Shown here: piece after piece, positions 29,655 to 40,369 of the stretch
How the letters are laid out: every line of letters begins with the position of its first letter
How positions within the stretch are numbered: the first letter of the stretch is position 1
Source of the DNA: Candidatus Altiarchaeota archaeon
GTDB lineage: Archaea; Altiarchaeota; Altiarchaeia; IMC4; QMZM01
NCBI GenBank assembly: GCA_038891095.1
Contig: JAWAEV010000001.1
Span: forward strand, 1-64,000
Direction of reading: 5' to 3'
DNA length: 64,000 nt
Translations under genes and position numbers: made by a program
Notes under the pieces: generated by a model
What the model was told of the DNA's origin: nothing
Databases searched by the model: none
Seen by the model: only the letters and a program-made list of their open reading frames with translations

Positions 29655-30437
29655 TTAAAATTTTATTGGAAATGTTAATATTAAATCCCTCTCTTTTTAA
29701 TATGTCAATGATATCTTCAAGATAGATTAAATTTGACCATTCAAGTATTACCTTTTGTGTTTTTTTTAAAATTTCGTTTGATCCTCTGAGGACATTTAAC
29801 TCTGCCCCTTCAACATCTATATTTTTAGTAAATCTATAATTGGTTCTTTTTCCAATGCCTCATTCAAAGTTATAAGTTCGATATTTTCAAAACCATTTCC
29901 TGGCAATTTTTTAATTATAGAATGAGTTTCTGAGCCCCCTAAATAAAGTTTTACTTTCCCTTTCCTATCCGAAACTGCTAAGTTATGTATTATTATATTC
30001 TTGCATTCATTTACTTCTTTATTTTTTTTAAGTAACTTAAAGTTGTTGGAACATGGCTCAAAAGATATTACTTTCTTAGCATTAAATCCTTTTGAAGATA
30101 GAACTGAAACTAAGCCAACATGGGCTCCAACATCCACTACAATGCTCCCTCTCTTTAATTTTTTCAGTTCATAGATATCGTCCAATACTACTTCAAAAAA
30201 GATAGTATACGCGTCTAAAGGGTGATATATGCATATATCATCCTTTAATTGTATCTTCAATGGTAAACTCCCTATCTTGAAATACCTAAATATATACTTA
30301 GTTACATTTCTAGAAAGTATTCTTGAGAAAATACCAAATGAGAGATAGTAACATAATGTCATGAATTTATGGAATATTAACCAACCTTTCGTTTCTTTTT
30401 TATAGAATTCTCTTAACAATTTTAAGTTTTCAAGCAT
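29593..30437 (-). pseudogene. FkbM-family methyltransferase with a frameshift at about 29820
   Basis: VVDVGAHVG, SFEP. The ORF stops at LLKI* (AAA ATA TAG) and the canonical DVEGAELNVLRG...KVILEW continues in another frame to a stop at 29593. Removing one TA restores KIDVEGAE. Confidence 0.85.
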
Positions 30438-31506
30438 TTTGCAGATTATCTATCGCTTTTTTAATTCCTTCAATAAATTTATCTTCAGAAAATTTTTTTG
30501 CTCTTTCTTCGCATGCTTTTCTCATTTCTTTAGCTCTTTCTGGAGTTAGCCATTCAACAGCTTTTATTATATTCTCTACTGTTGGTTCAATTAGTACGCC
30601 TGTTTTTCCATGAATGATTGTTTCTTTCATGCCTCCATCATTAGAGCCAATACAGGGTTTCCCTGAAGACATTGATTCTAAAGGGATAATCCCAAAATCC
30701 TCTTTATAAGAGACATATATTGTTGCTATACATCTACCATAAAGCTCGCTTAGCTCTTTCTCACTTGATACCCAACCAATTACTTTAATATTTTCATATC
30801 CTTTAGCTAAGGATTTTATCTCTTCATATGATGGCCCTCCACCTGCTACAATAAGCTTTTTATTAGGCATTTTTTGGAATGCTCTCACAACCAAATCGAC
30901 TCTTTTTATTGGATCTAACCTTGCAGTAGAAAGATAAAAGTCACCATGCTCAATAAATTTAAATTTTTTAATATCTACTGGTGGATAAACGACATCTGAT
31001 TCCCTGCCATAGAAGCTCTTTATCCTATCTTGAACATTTTTTGAGTTTGCTATTATCTTATCAACATTTCTAACACATTTCTGATCTTCTGCTCTAAGAA
31101 AATATGCAAAAATCTTGAATAAGTGCCTTTTTAAAAATTTTCTTTTTTTAAGTTCATCTTCATAGAGGTCATAAAGCCATCTTATTGGAGCATTACAGTA
31201 CCATATATTTGGATGATATTTCTTCGCTACACTTAGAGAATGCGATCCAAAAAAGAGGTAAGCATCATAATCCTCTGCTATTTTTAGATTACTAAATTTA
31301 AATCTTATGTAAAGAGAATTTAAACCATGTCTCAATCTTTTCCTTGTGAATGACACCAGGTTATAATCTCTGAACTCGTTAAATGTTGTTTCCTTGATAT
31401 AATAACCAGAATATATATCAGCATTGAAATATTTTGCTAATGTAATAATTTCTCTTTCAACCCCTCCAAAATTTTCAAGTCTGTCAACGAGAATTGCAAT
31501 TTTCAT
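30430..31506 (-). CDS. GT4 glycosyltransferase (WbaZ-like)
   Basis: GGVERE, IANSKNV, VVYPPVD, ARLDPIKRVD, EDFGIIPLESMSSGKP. Confidence 0.92.
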   Translation of the reverse strand: MKIAILVDRLENFGGVEREIITLAKYFNADIYSGYYIKETTFNEFRDYNLVSFTRKRLRHGLNSLYIRFKFSNLKIAEDYDAYLFFGSHSLSVAKKYHPNIWYCNAPIRWLYDLYEDELKKRKFLKRHLFKIFAYFLRAEDQKCVRNVDKIIANSKNVQDRIKSFYGRESDVVYPPVDIKKFKFIEHGDFYLSTARLDPIKRVDLVVRAFQKMPNKKLIVAGGGPSYEEIKSLAKGYENIKVIGWVSSEKELSELYGRCIATIYVSYKEDFGIIPLESMSSGKPCIGSNDGGMKETIIHGKTGVLIEPTVENIIKAVEWLTPERAKEMRKACEERAKKFSEDKFIEGIKKAIDNLQNA

Positions 31507-32768
31507 CTCCCAATTCCTTTATAATCAATACCTAAATTTTGGATTTTTTTCTTGTTAAGACAATTTTTTCCATCAATAATTACCTTTATATTATTTTCTC
31601 TCAATTTTCTTAAGTTCATTCTTTTGAATTCTCTATGATCTGTTGCTAAGATAAGGTAGTTAACTTTTTTTAATAATTCATCTAAGGAGGGAACACTACT
31701 TTTCTCTGGAACTAAAGGATCGAAAGAAAAAACATCTGCTCCTTTTTTCTTTAAAATTTCTAAAATTTTCAATGCAGGACTTTCTCTTATGTCGTCAACA
31801 TTTGCTTTGTAAGCTAAACCCAAAACTCCAATTTTTTTTCCTTTTAAATTCCCAACTTTTTGTTCTAGCAAGCTTACTGTATATTGAGGCATTGAGTTAT
31901 TGATTTCTCTTGCTAACTTCAGGAATTTATGATTAAAGCCGATATTTTTTGCCTTTTCAATTAGATAGTAAGGATCAACAGGGATGCAATGGCCACCTAC
32001 ACCACATCCAGGATAGAATGCCATGAAACCAAAAGGTTTTGTTTTTGCACCCTCTATAACTTCTTTGATGTCAATTTCAAATTTATCGAAAGATTTTGCT
32101 AATTCGTTTATGAAAGCTATATTTATATCTCTGAAAGTATTTTCAACTATTTTGACTGCTTCTGCAGCTTTTACAGTGCTAAGTTCTTTCACTTCTGCAT
32201 TTATAATCTCCCTATAAAATTTAGCTGCTTTTTTTCTTCCTCTTTTACTTAGAGCTCCGAGGACTCTTGGGATATTCTCTATATTCCACTTTTTATTTCC
32301 AGGATCAATTCTCTCAGGGCAATGAGCTAAGAAGAAATCTTTTTCAGATTTTAAACCAGAATTTTCAAGAATTTTCTTTACTATCTCTCCAGTTGTTCCT
32401 GGATAAATTGTTGATTCTATTATCACTAAGTGACCTTTCTTTAAAAATTTTGAGATTTCTCTTGCTGCTGACTTTAAAGGCTCTAAATCTGGCTTATGTT
32501 TTTTATTTACTGGAGTAGGAACACAAACAATAATGATATCTACATTTTTAATCTTACTGAAATCTCTTGTTGCGAAAATTTTCCCCTTACTCTTTTTTAC
32601 TTCTCTCTCTAATTTTTTATCTTTTATATGGCTTATTCCTTCGTTAACTTTTTTTACAATTTCAGGATTTTTATCTATGCCAATAACATCATAACCTTTT
32701 TTTGCACATAAACATGCCAATGGCAAGCCAACATAACCTAAACCAATTATAGCTATACTTTTGCTCAT
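31503..32768 (-). CDS. Nucleotide-sugar (UDP-GlcNAc/UDP-ManNAc) 6-dehydrogenase, WecC/WbpA family
   Basis: GLGYVGLP, CVPTP, ESTIYPGTT, CPERIDPG, ENTFRDINIA, GVGGHCIPVDP, DIRESP. Confidence 0.93.
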   Translation of the reverse strand: MSKSIAIIGLGYVGLPLACLCAKKGYDVIGIDKNPEIVKKVNEGISHIKDKKLEREVKKSKGKIFATRDFSKIKNVDIIIVCVPTPVNKKHKPDLEPLKSAAREISKFLKKGHLVIIESTIYPGTTGEIVKKILENSGLKSEKDFFLAHCPERIDPGNKKWNIENIPRVLGALSKRGRKKAAKFYREIINAEVKELSTVKAAEAVKIVENTFRDINIAFINELAKSFDKFEIDIKEVIEGAKTKPFGFMAFYPGCGVGGHCIPVDPYYLIEKAKNIGFNHKFLKLAREINNSMPQYTVSLLEQKVGNLKGKKIGVLGLAYKANVDDIRESPALKILEILKKKGADVFSFDPLVPEKSSVPSLDELLKKVNYLILATDHREFKRMNLRKLRENNIKVIIDGKNCLNKKKIQNLGIDYKGIGR

Positions 32769-32806
32769 AACTATAAAATTTATCTTTTTAGGTTAAATAG
32801 CTAAAT

Positions 32807-33772
32807 ATGAGGGTTTTGATTTTTGGAGCTGAAGAAGGAAAGTTTCCAAGCTTTTCTTATCAATGTAAAAAAGCATTTGAGGAGTTAGGCCATGAGGTAA
32901 AAGTTTTAAGCTATAGAAAATTCAAGTTTCATAAGATAAAATTCACAAATTTTTTACTTAACAAATATCTTCTTCACTTTGCTGAAAACTATAATCCAGA
33001 TTTGTTATTTGTTAATAAAGGTGCAAACATTCTTCCAGGCATTATTGAAAAACTATCCAAAAGAGGAATTAAAACAGCTAACTGGACATTAGACGATCCT
33101 TTTGGAAATTTCAATAAAGAGAATAGGATTAACAACATTCGGGAATATGATTACTTCTTTGTTTTTGATCCTTATTATTTACCTGAGCTTAGAGATATCA
33201 ATCCTAATTCTTACTATCTTCCATGCTGTGCTTCAAAACATGTACATACTGAGATAATTCCTTTAAATGAGAGGGAGTATAAATATGATGTCTCGTTTAT
33301 TGGTTCTCATGAAAAAAAGAGGGAAAAACTCTTTAGCGAGTTAATAGATTATAATCTTAGAATTAGCGGTTATAGATGGGAGAAAATTAAAAGTAAGCTG
33401 AAAGAGAAAATAGATAAAAAAATTTATATTGGTTATGAAATGTGCAAGGAGTTAAATTTGTCAAAGATAAATTTGAATGTTCACAGTGCGCATTCCTATA
33501 GAGGAGCAAACTTAAGAACTTTTGAAATTCCTGCAACAAATAGTTTTATGTTATCTGACTATATTGAAGAGATTAAAAATTTATTCAGAATAGGCAAGGA
33601 AGTTATTTGCTACCATAATGTTTCTGAACTAAAGGAGTTAATAGATTACTATCTAAACAAGGAGAATGAAGAGGAAAGAAATAAAATTACAAAAGCAGGG
33701 CATGAAAGAGTTTTGAAAGAGCATAGTATGAAGCACAGGATTGAAAGAATAGTTAGAATAGCAGGTATTTAA
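32807..33772 (+). CDS. CgeB-like glycosyltransferase (Glyco_trans_1_2)
   Basis: WTLDDP, YLPCC, DVSFIGS, SKINLN, NLRTFEIPA, HSMKHRI. Confidence 0.85.
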   Translation: MRVLIFGAEEGKFPSFSYQCKKAFEELGHEVKVLSYRKFKFHKIKFTNFLLNKYLLHFAENYNPDLLFVNKGANILPGIIEKLSKRGIKTANWTLDDPFGNFNKENRINNIREYDYFFVFDPYYLPELRDINPNSYYLPCCASKHVHTEIIPLNEREYKYDVSFIGSHEKKREKLFSELIDYNLRISGYRWEKIKSKLKEKIDKKIYIGYEMCKELNLSKINLNVHSAHSYRGANLRTFEIPATNSFMLSDYIEEIKNLFRIGKEVICYHNVSELKELIDYYLNKENEEERNKITKAGHERVLKEHSMKHRIERIVRIAGI

Positions 33773-35430
33773 TTTTCTATTCTTTTTAGTATCAATATAG
33801 TTGGATTAACAAATTCAGGATTTGGTTTTAGAGTAAGAGAGCGAAGTATAACACTATCTAACTTCTCTATTGATCCAAATCCCGGTGAGCCTCCACTATT
33901 GTAAATCCCTCTCCCAAATTTTGCAACTATTCTGTAATTTTTTCTTTCATTTATTAAGTCTGAGAAGTATTTTGTTCTTTCTGGAAATGCGTTAGTATCA
34001 ACGAGGTATCTTTCATAATATAAACTACTTAAGATGATGTAATCTGATTTTCTTGATTCCAATCCACTTATGAAATCTTCAATAGATCCATTGTTTTTTG
34101 GTTGGAATACTGTTATATTTTCTGGTATATTTGGATTATAGTAATATAACTCAATCGTTGAATTTTTATCAATGTTTCTCTCTATCCATTCCGTTGCGAG
34201 ATATCTTGAGTCATTAATGAAGAGTATGTCAGCAGAGATAGTATAACAGAAAGAGTAGGGTATAATGAATGCTAGCACAAAGATTGTAATTTTCTTTTTA
34301 AATTTTAGCATATCATAGAAAAATTTTCCATTTAAAATTGCTATAAATGGAAGTAAAGGGACAGTATATCTCATCGGTGCAAAATTCCATTTTCCTACTA
34401 TGAGGTAAAATAGAACAATAAATAAGAAAAATAACAGAGTATATTTATATGAATTATCTTCTATTCTGATTAATTTGAGTGCTGTATAAGTTAAAGCAAT
34501 AATAGAAACTAAAAATAATGGTAATCCCATACCATTTATCAAGTTTACTATATGAGATATATAACCGGGATAAGGATTTCTTATTCCTTTGTATAGTTGA
34601 ACATCAGTTATCGCGGTAATTACATCTTTTTTAAAATTTGAAAAATCGATTATTGCAAATGGAGTTCCAATTAAAAAACCTATGAATATCATTGAAAATC
34701 CTAAGGAAAATTGTTTATTAATAAGAGAATTAAGCGAAATTTTTTCTTTGAACAGCAGATGAGAGATAAAAAAGAGGAGTATCATCAAACCAGCTGTGTA
34801 TTTAGTTGAGATAGCAAAACCTATAAATAAACCTGAGAGTAGATAGTACCCCATATCCTGTTTTTTGATAAGTTTTATTATGAACAACATAGATAAGATA
34901 ATCCAAAATGTCGTTGATATGTCAACTGTTGCGAAATGAGAGAAATTTACAAAACTCATTGTAAATGCTAAAAGAATAGATGAGATAATTGCTGATCTCT
35001 TGTTGTATACTTCGCGTGCTATGAGATAAACAAAAAGGACAATTAATGCTCCCATAACCACTGAAATAGCTCTTGAAATAAGAAGCGCATTTGTCATTAA
35101 TTTAAATTGTTCATTTGTATAGGGAGGTTTGAGAGTGAGAGGTATTTTATCTAACTCGCCGGTTAGTTTTAGTTTGAGATAATAGGGCAACAAAGCCAGT
35201 CCGACAGTATATTTGTGTAGTGAGCCTGATATGAAATTATGTGGGTTTGGATCCATTTGCTTAGCCATAGTTAGTACATAGATTGTAACCTCATCTGGAT
35301 GCCATTTATATGGAGTCCCCCACCAAATACCAATAACATTTAAGAGAAAACTTATTATGCAAATTACTATTATGATTTTATTTTCTTTACTTCTTAATTT
35401 TTCAGTTAATAAAGAAAATTTTATATTCAT
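33769..35430 (-). CDS. GT-C glycosyltransferase, ArnT/PMT (GT39/GT83)-like
   Basis: WHPDE luminal loop, many TMs, SHFATVD, STKYTA, RYTVPLLP. Confidence 0.85.
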   Translation of the reverse strand: MNIKFSLLTEKLRSKENKIIIVICIISFLLNVIGIWWGTPYKWHPDEVTIYVLTMAKQMDPNPHNFISGSLHKYTVGLALLPYYLKLKLTGELDKIPLTLKPPYTNEQFKLMTNALLISRAISVVMGALIVLFVYLIAREVYNKRSAIISSILLAFTMSFVNFSHFATVDISTTFWIILSMLFIIKLIKKQDMGYYLLSGLFIGFAISTKYTAGLMILLFFISHLLFKEKISLNSLINKQFSLGFSMIFIGFLIGTPFAIIDFSNFKKDVITAITDVQLYKGIRNPYPGYISHIVNLINGMGLPLFLVSIIALTYTALKLIRIEDNSYKYTLLFFLFIVLFYLIVGKWNFAPMRYTVPLLPFIAILNGKFFYDMLKFKKKITIFVLAFIIPYSFCYTISADILFINDSRYLATEWIERNIDKNSTIELYYYNPNIPENITVFQPKNNGSIEDFISGLESRKSDYIILSSLYYERYLVDTNAFPERTKYFSDLINERKNYRIVAKFGRGIYNSGGSPGFGSIEKLDSVILRSLTLKPNPEFVNPTILILKRIEN

Positions 35431-36845
35431 TTTAAATATCCCCTCTCAAAATATTTCTGCTCTGAGCCAATTTCTTCAATATTATATTTTCTCCCTTCAA
35501 TTATATTTCTCGCAGCCAGTATCCCCATTTCTAATGCATGATCTTGATTATTGTATCTAAAACTACCTGCTCTACCAATAAGCTGTAAATTTTCAAATTG
35601 ATTGAGATAATCTTTAACTTTTTTTAAATTTTCTTTGTATTTTAAATCATAAACAGGGTAGGCATATTTTTCCCTATGAACAAAAAGGTCAATAATTTCT
35701 TCTCTTTTAATGAATTCAAGTTTCTCTAAGTGTTTAATACTTAAGTCAAGTAACTCCTCTCTGCTGGAATTCCAAATTTTATCATTCTCCCAACAGAAAA
35801 ATTCCAAAAGCAAAGAAGTTTTATCTTTTGGTGAAAGCCTCTTGCTGAAATTTTTAGGCTCCATTACTCTGCCAAATGGGATCTCTTTATCTGGAAAGTA
35901 AATCCATTGATCAGGAAATATTTTTGGTTTATTTAATGTTAGGAAAAGAGAAACATGAGATCTAAATTTTAACTTCCCGGCAGAGTTAAGAACATCTTCT
36001 GGTGCATTTGGTTCTAAAAGATTTACAAATTCTGTTATAGGTATCGAAGAAACCACATGTATTGGATTTACATTAATTATATCTCTTCCTATGTTTATGT
36101 CAATGCCAATTATCTCTTTATTGTTATGATGTATTTTAATAGGATAACTTTTTAACAATATAGAATTTTCACTATCACTCAAAACTCTTTCTTTAATTTT
36201 TTCATAAATCAAACCGGTACCTAAATCAGGATAATAAAATTGGTCAACTAAAGTTTTTGGACCTTTTTTTGATTTTATAAGAGCTTTTTTGAGTATTGCA
36301 ATAAAAGATAGCCCTCTTATTCTTTGTTTTGACCAATCTGGTGAAATCTCTGAGCAAGGCAACCCCCAAATTTTTTCTGTGTAGTTGAGCATATTAAGCT
36401 CCGCTAAACTTCTACCAAATTCTGAGACAATTTGTTCTTCAAACGAAATTGCTTTTCTATTTGATAAGACTTTTTTTACTCTCTCTTTTAAATAGTCAGA
36501 AATAATTTTAAATGCTTTATATGGGCCAACATTTATGAGAGCATTTGAAATCTCGATAGGGTAAAGAAAGTATTTTCCATTTATATAGAATCTCGTTAAA
36601 CGGTCAACTTTTATCCAATGCTTACCGAGTAAATCCTCTATAAGGTTATAGAGATATTGATTTTGACTAAAAAACCTGTGAGGACCAACATCTGTTATAA
36701 AGTCACCATAGTGAAAAGTTCTTGCTAAACCACCAACTTGATCATTTTTTTCAATTACAATGAAATGTTTATCCGATTTATATAGCTCAAATGCTGTTGC
36801 AATTCCTGCAGGACCTGCACCAAGTATTAAAATTTCTTTTTTCAA
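35427..36845 (-). CDS. FAD-dependent oxidoreductase (HemY/UDP-galactopyranose mutase-like, glycan-locus type)
   Basis: GAGPAG, VGGLART, DVGPHRFFS, YTEKIWG, YAYPVY, GRAGSFRYNNQDH. Confidence 0.85.
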   Translation of the reverse strand: MKKEILILGAGPAGIATAFELYKSDKHFIVIEKNDQVGGLARTFHYGDFITDVGPHRFFSQNQYLYNLIEDLLGKHWIKVDRLTRFYINGKYFLYPIEISNALINVGPYKAFKIISDYLKERVKKVLSNRKAISFEEQIVSEFGRSLAELNMLNYTEKIWGLPCSEISPDWSKQRIRGLSFIAILKKALIKSKKGPKTLVDQFYYPDLGTGLIYEKIKERVLSDSENSILLKSYPIKIHHNNKEIIGIDINIGRDIINVNPIHVVSSIPITEFVNLLEPNAPEDVLNSAGKLKFRSHVSLFLTLNKPKIFPDQWIYFPDKEIPFGRVMEPKNFSKRLSPKDKTSLLLEFFCWENDKIWNSSREELLDLSIKHLEKLEFIKREEIIDLFVHREKYAYPVYDLKYKENLKKVKDYLNQFENLQLIGRAGSFRYNNQDHALEMGILAARNIIEGRKYNIEEIGSEQKYFERGYLK

Positions 36846-36869
36846 TTTTCATTTAGTGTGATAAAATTT

Positions 36870-37772
36870 TTAGTTTACCTTCTTTAGTACATATATGTCG
36901 ATATAGGTGTTCCCCATGTGGGAAAAATATTTTAGTTTATCTAAAATAAAATAGCCGGGTAATTCTGAAAGAGAGATTACATAGTCATTATTTACAACGC
37001 ATATCCTTTGAGTAATATTTTTATTTCCCGGATAGATAGGATCGATATTACCAAACTTTTTTAGACAATAGTCATACAAAAACCAGCAATTAAATTCAAA
37101 TCCGCCGTCTATATCCTCTGGTGATATTCCAGACTCCATCAACTTGTTTAGTGCAGTCCATAAAGTTCTATTATAATTTAAGAAGTCATATGTACCAACT
37201 ACTGAAAAAATAGCAAAAATAACTAAAATAATTCCTAAAATAGCTGAGAAAAATGGAAGTTCTCTTACTCTCTCTATTGAACTTAGCAAAAGCACGAGAA
37301 TAATTGGAATTAAGGGAAGTATATATCTATCAAATAACCCAGGTAAAATAGCTAAACTAGTGAAATATGATAAGCCAATAAAATAAACCAGAGCTATAGA
37401 AGAGCTTTCTTTTTTTCTAATCTGAATTTCATTGTAAATTAATAGTAGTGTTATAGCTGTAGAGATTATAACCAAAACGGTGAGAGATAATATATATACT
37501 GAGTTATAGGGAGTATTATCGACAATGCTAATAGGTCCAAAACCATATTGATTTATAATTCCGCCGAAAAAATGTGATTGATTTCCTTGTTTAATCAAAA
37601 AACCTAAAAAACCAAGTGAGAGTATGCTTGATATAATACAAAATAAATACTTTACATTACTTGCATACGCCCAATCATCATTTATCGGGAACTCCCCATC
37701 TGGAGGGACTATAAAAACTAACAGCAAGTAGATTATTGCTATTATGATAAAACTTTTGAATTCTGTTTTCAT
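36870..37772 (-). pseudogene. GT-C (GT39-like) membrane glycosyltransferase, probably with an in-frame internal deletion
   Basis: The N-terminal FPINDDWAY loop is followed almost at once by C-terminal-type motifs (FDRYILP, IDGGFEFNCW). At 300 aa it is short next to the 553-aa GT-C in the same locus. Confidence 0.5.
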
Positions 37773-37833
37773 TTCTTTTTATTATATTGCATTTATTTAA
37801 ATTGTTTTTATTATTTAATTTGAAAAATTTGAA

Positions 37834-38002
37834 TTATTGTGGAATATTTTGGATATACATTTTTAATTTCTTCCCTATTACATCATTACAAAAATTTTCC
37901 TTAAACAATTTGTAACCTTCTTCTGCTATTTTTTCTCTTAAATTTGGATTGTTTTTTAATAATAAAATTGCATTGGCTATCGCTGTTGGATTTCTACCTC
38001 AT
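37834..38002 (-). pseudogene. C-terminal remnant of a GT4 glycosyltransferase
   Basis: After the upstream stop the frame reads GRNPTAIANAILLLKNNPNLREKIAEEGYKLFKENFCNDVIGKKLKMYIQNIPQ*, typical GT4 terminal helices. The ATG overlapping the upstream stop hits TAG after 2 codons. Confidence 0.75.
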
Positions 38003-39090
38003 TTATTTAGCATACTTTCAACAATTTTCTTTAATTTTTGTTTTCTTAGCTCTTTTGAAAAATTATTTTTAACTCTTTCGATTCCTTTTTTACTCAATTT
38101 TTCACAGAGGTGGTCATCAGTAATCAACATCTCTATTTTTTCTACTAAATCATCTATGTTTCCTTTTTCTATACTGCCTCTATCAGCAATTAATCCTGCA
38201 TCACCCAAAATTTCAGGAAGTGCGGTTCTGTTTGATGCTATCACAGGAATTCCACAAGCCATTGCTTCACACATAGCAACACCAAACGTTTCATTCCAGC
38301 TATATTGAACATAAATTTTACATTGATTTAAAAATTTTACATAATCTTTAGCTGTCTTAAAAAAATTCATAAATATTACTTTATCTAAAATTCCGAGTTC
38401 CTCTGCTCTTCTTTTGATAATCTCTTTTCCACCAATACTCTCAATTTCGTCACCCACATATATAAGAAAATATTCTGGATATTTATTGATAATTCTACTA
38501 AAAGCTTCCAATAAAGGCAATAATCCTTTCTTATTTAGTCTAAGTTTGGATATCCAACAAACAGTTGTTATGTATGGTTTTTTTTCTATTCTTATTGGCT
38601 TGAAAATATTGATGTCTACCGAATTATAAACAACTTCGTTTGTAGGATTTCTTACTATTTTATCTGCACTATCTTTCGCATATTTAGAAACTGATATCAC
38701 TTTATCTGCAAATTTTAAAGTTAAGTTTGTTATCGCCTTCTTAAAGATAGATTTATTTTCATAACATGGATATTCCCTTGGAAGTTCCCCTCTTTCAATT
38801 TCAGCACCAGCAGCAACTATTATACAAGGTTTCCTGAAAATTTTTGACAATAAGACTATATCAAATGATATAGCCCACCAAGCAAAGAATATATCAACAC
38901 TCTTAAGTTTTTTATACCACTCAAACCATTTAGATATTCCTCTTAAATATCTGAAAATTTCTGATGGATAAAATAAAGATTTAGAAGAACAAACTATGAC
39001 ATTATATCCAAGTTCTCTAAAAATTTCTGCATCTCTCTCACCAAAATTTGATCTAGTTGCTATGAATATGGTTACTTTCCTTTTTTTCAT
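37999..39090 (-). CDS. GT4 glycosyltransferase
   Basis: VVYNSVD, KKG, ETFGVAMCEAMACGIPV, SNRTALPEI. Confidence 0.92.
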   Translation of the reverse strand: MKKRKVTIFIATRSNFGERDAEIFRELGYNVIVCSSKSLFYPSEIFRYLRGISKWFEWYKKLKSVDIFFAWWAISFDIVLLSKIFRKPCIIVAAGAEIERGELPREYPCYENKSIFKKAITNLTLKFADKVISVSKYAKDSADKIVRNPTNEVVYNSVDINIFKPIRIEKKPYITTVCWISKLRLNKKGLLPLLEAFSRIINKYPEYFLIYVGDEIESIGGKEIIKRRAEELGILDKVIFMNFFKTAKDYVKFLNQCKIYVQYSWNETFGVAMCEAMACGIPVIASNRTALPEILGDAGLIADRGSIEKGNIDDLVEKIEMLITDDHLCEKLSKKGIERVKNNFSKELRKQKLKKIVESMLNK

Positions 39091-40352
39091 CTTACATTTT
39101 TCACACTCTCATAAATTTTAACTAATTCTCTTGCAATTTTCTCCTCAGAATAATCTTTCGCTTTTTCTCTTGCTTCCTCACATAAAACCTCTCTAAATTT
39201 TCTATTTTGAATTATAGTTTTTATGCTGTATATCAGACCATTTACATCTCCTGGTTCAATTAAAAATCCATCCTTTCCATTCTCAATTATATCAACAACT
39301 CCCCCTATCTTTGATGCAATTACAATTTTTCCAGAAGCCATTGCCTCTAAGGCAACTCTTCCAAATGCTTCCCCTATCAGAGAAGGAAAAACAACTATGT
39401 CATTCTCTTCATAAATTTGAGGAATTTTCTCATAGGTAACTTCACCACAAATTTTAATTTTCTCTTGCAAGTTATTCTCCTTTACAAAATTTTTCATCCA
39501 TTTTTCTAATGAACCTGCACCATAGAAATTTGCTCTATAGTCCATTTTTATTTCCCTTAACGCTTCTAACAAAATTTGAGGTCCTTTAAATTTTTCATAA
39601 TTACCAATGTAAAGAATTCTCGCAGGATCATGTTGCTCAACTTTCAATTTCGAGAATTTTCCTAACTCAACCATGTTAGGCACTACAGCAATTCTCTCTT
39701 CTGGAATTCCTTCTCTTAATAAGAGATTTTTCATAAAGTTGCTGACTGCAATGAAAAAATCCATCTCCCTTAGAGACTTTTTTCTTTTTTTAAACCGATG
39801 ATAAACATAAAAAACAAAAAAAGGGTTATACTGAAGGTAAAATTTTTTCTCAACTTTTGAAATTTTTCCAGATCTTAAGAAACATTTAAAAAATTTCAGA
39901 AAGGAACAGGTTTCATTACAAAGTTTATTTTCCCTTACAAGTGTTCCCAAAGGGCAAAAAAGTTGAGGTGAATTAATATGTGCTATCATTGGCTTTCTAA
40001 CTTTTTCTTTTGCTTTTGCTGCTCCAATTATTGAATTGATATTCATGCAATGTATTAAATCAAAATTTTCCTTCTTGTCAAGTTTTATTAACTCTTTCTC
40101 AGTTGTGAAAGGAAATACAACTGCTCTTTTAAAATTTTCAATAACAGAATTGGGATTTTTTCCAGTTAGCAAATTTCTATAAATTTTTACACCTTCATGT
40201 TCTTCATATTTTTTTGGCTCATTAAAGTGGGAGGTTAGAATGGATACATCAATTCCTTGGTTAGATAAATTCTTTGCTAATAGCCAAGAAGAAATTTCAC
40301 CTCCACCAAAGATTTTTGGAGGAAAATATTCTGAGATGAGAAGGATTTTCAT
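39087..40352 (-). CDS. GT4 glycosyltransferase with Cys-rich insert
   Basis: MKILLISEYFPP..GGGE, KG, EAFGRVALEAMASGK, SKIGGVVDII. Confidence 0.93.
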   Translation of the reverse strand: MKILLISEYFPPKIFGGGEISSWLLAKNLSNQGIDVSILTSHFNEPKKYEEHEGVKIYRNLLTGKNPNSVIENFKRAVVFPFTTEKELIKLDKKENFDLIHCMNINSIIGAAKAKEKVRKPMIAHINSPQLFCPLGTLVRENKLCNETCSFLKFFKCFLRSGKISKVEKKFYLQYNPFFVFYVYHRFKKRKKSLREMDFFIAVSNFMKNLLLREGIPEERIAVVPNMVELGKFSKLKVEQHDPARILYIGNYEKFKGPQILLEALREIKMDYRANFYGAGSLEKWMKNFVKENNLQEKIKICGEVTYEKIPQIYEENDIVVFPSLIGEAFGRVALEAMASGKIVIASKIGGVVDIIENGKDGFLIEPGDVNGLIYSIKTIIQNRKFREVLCEEAREKAKDYSEEKIARELVKIYESVKNVR

Positions 40353-40369
40353 TTTTTCTGTTTAGCTAA

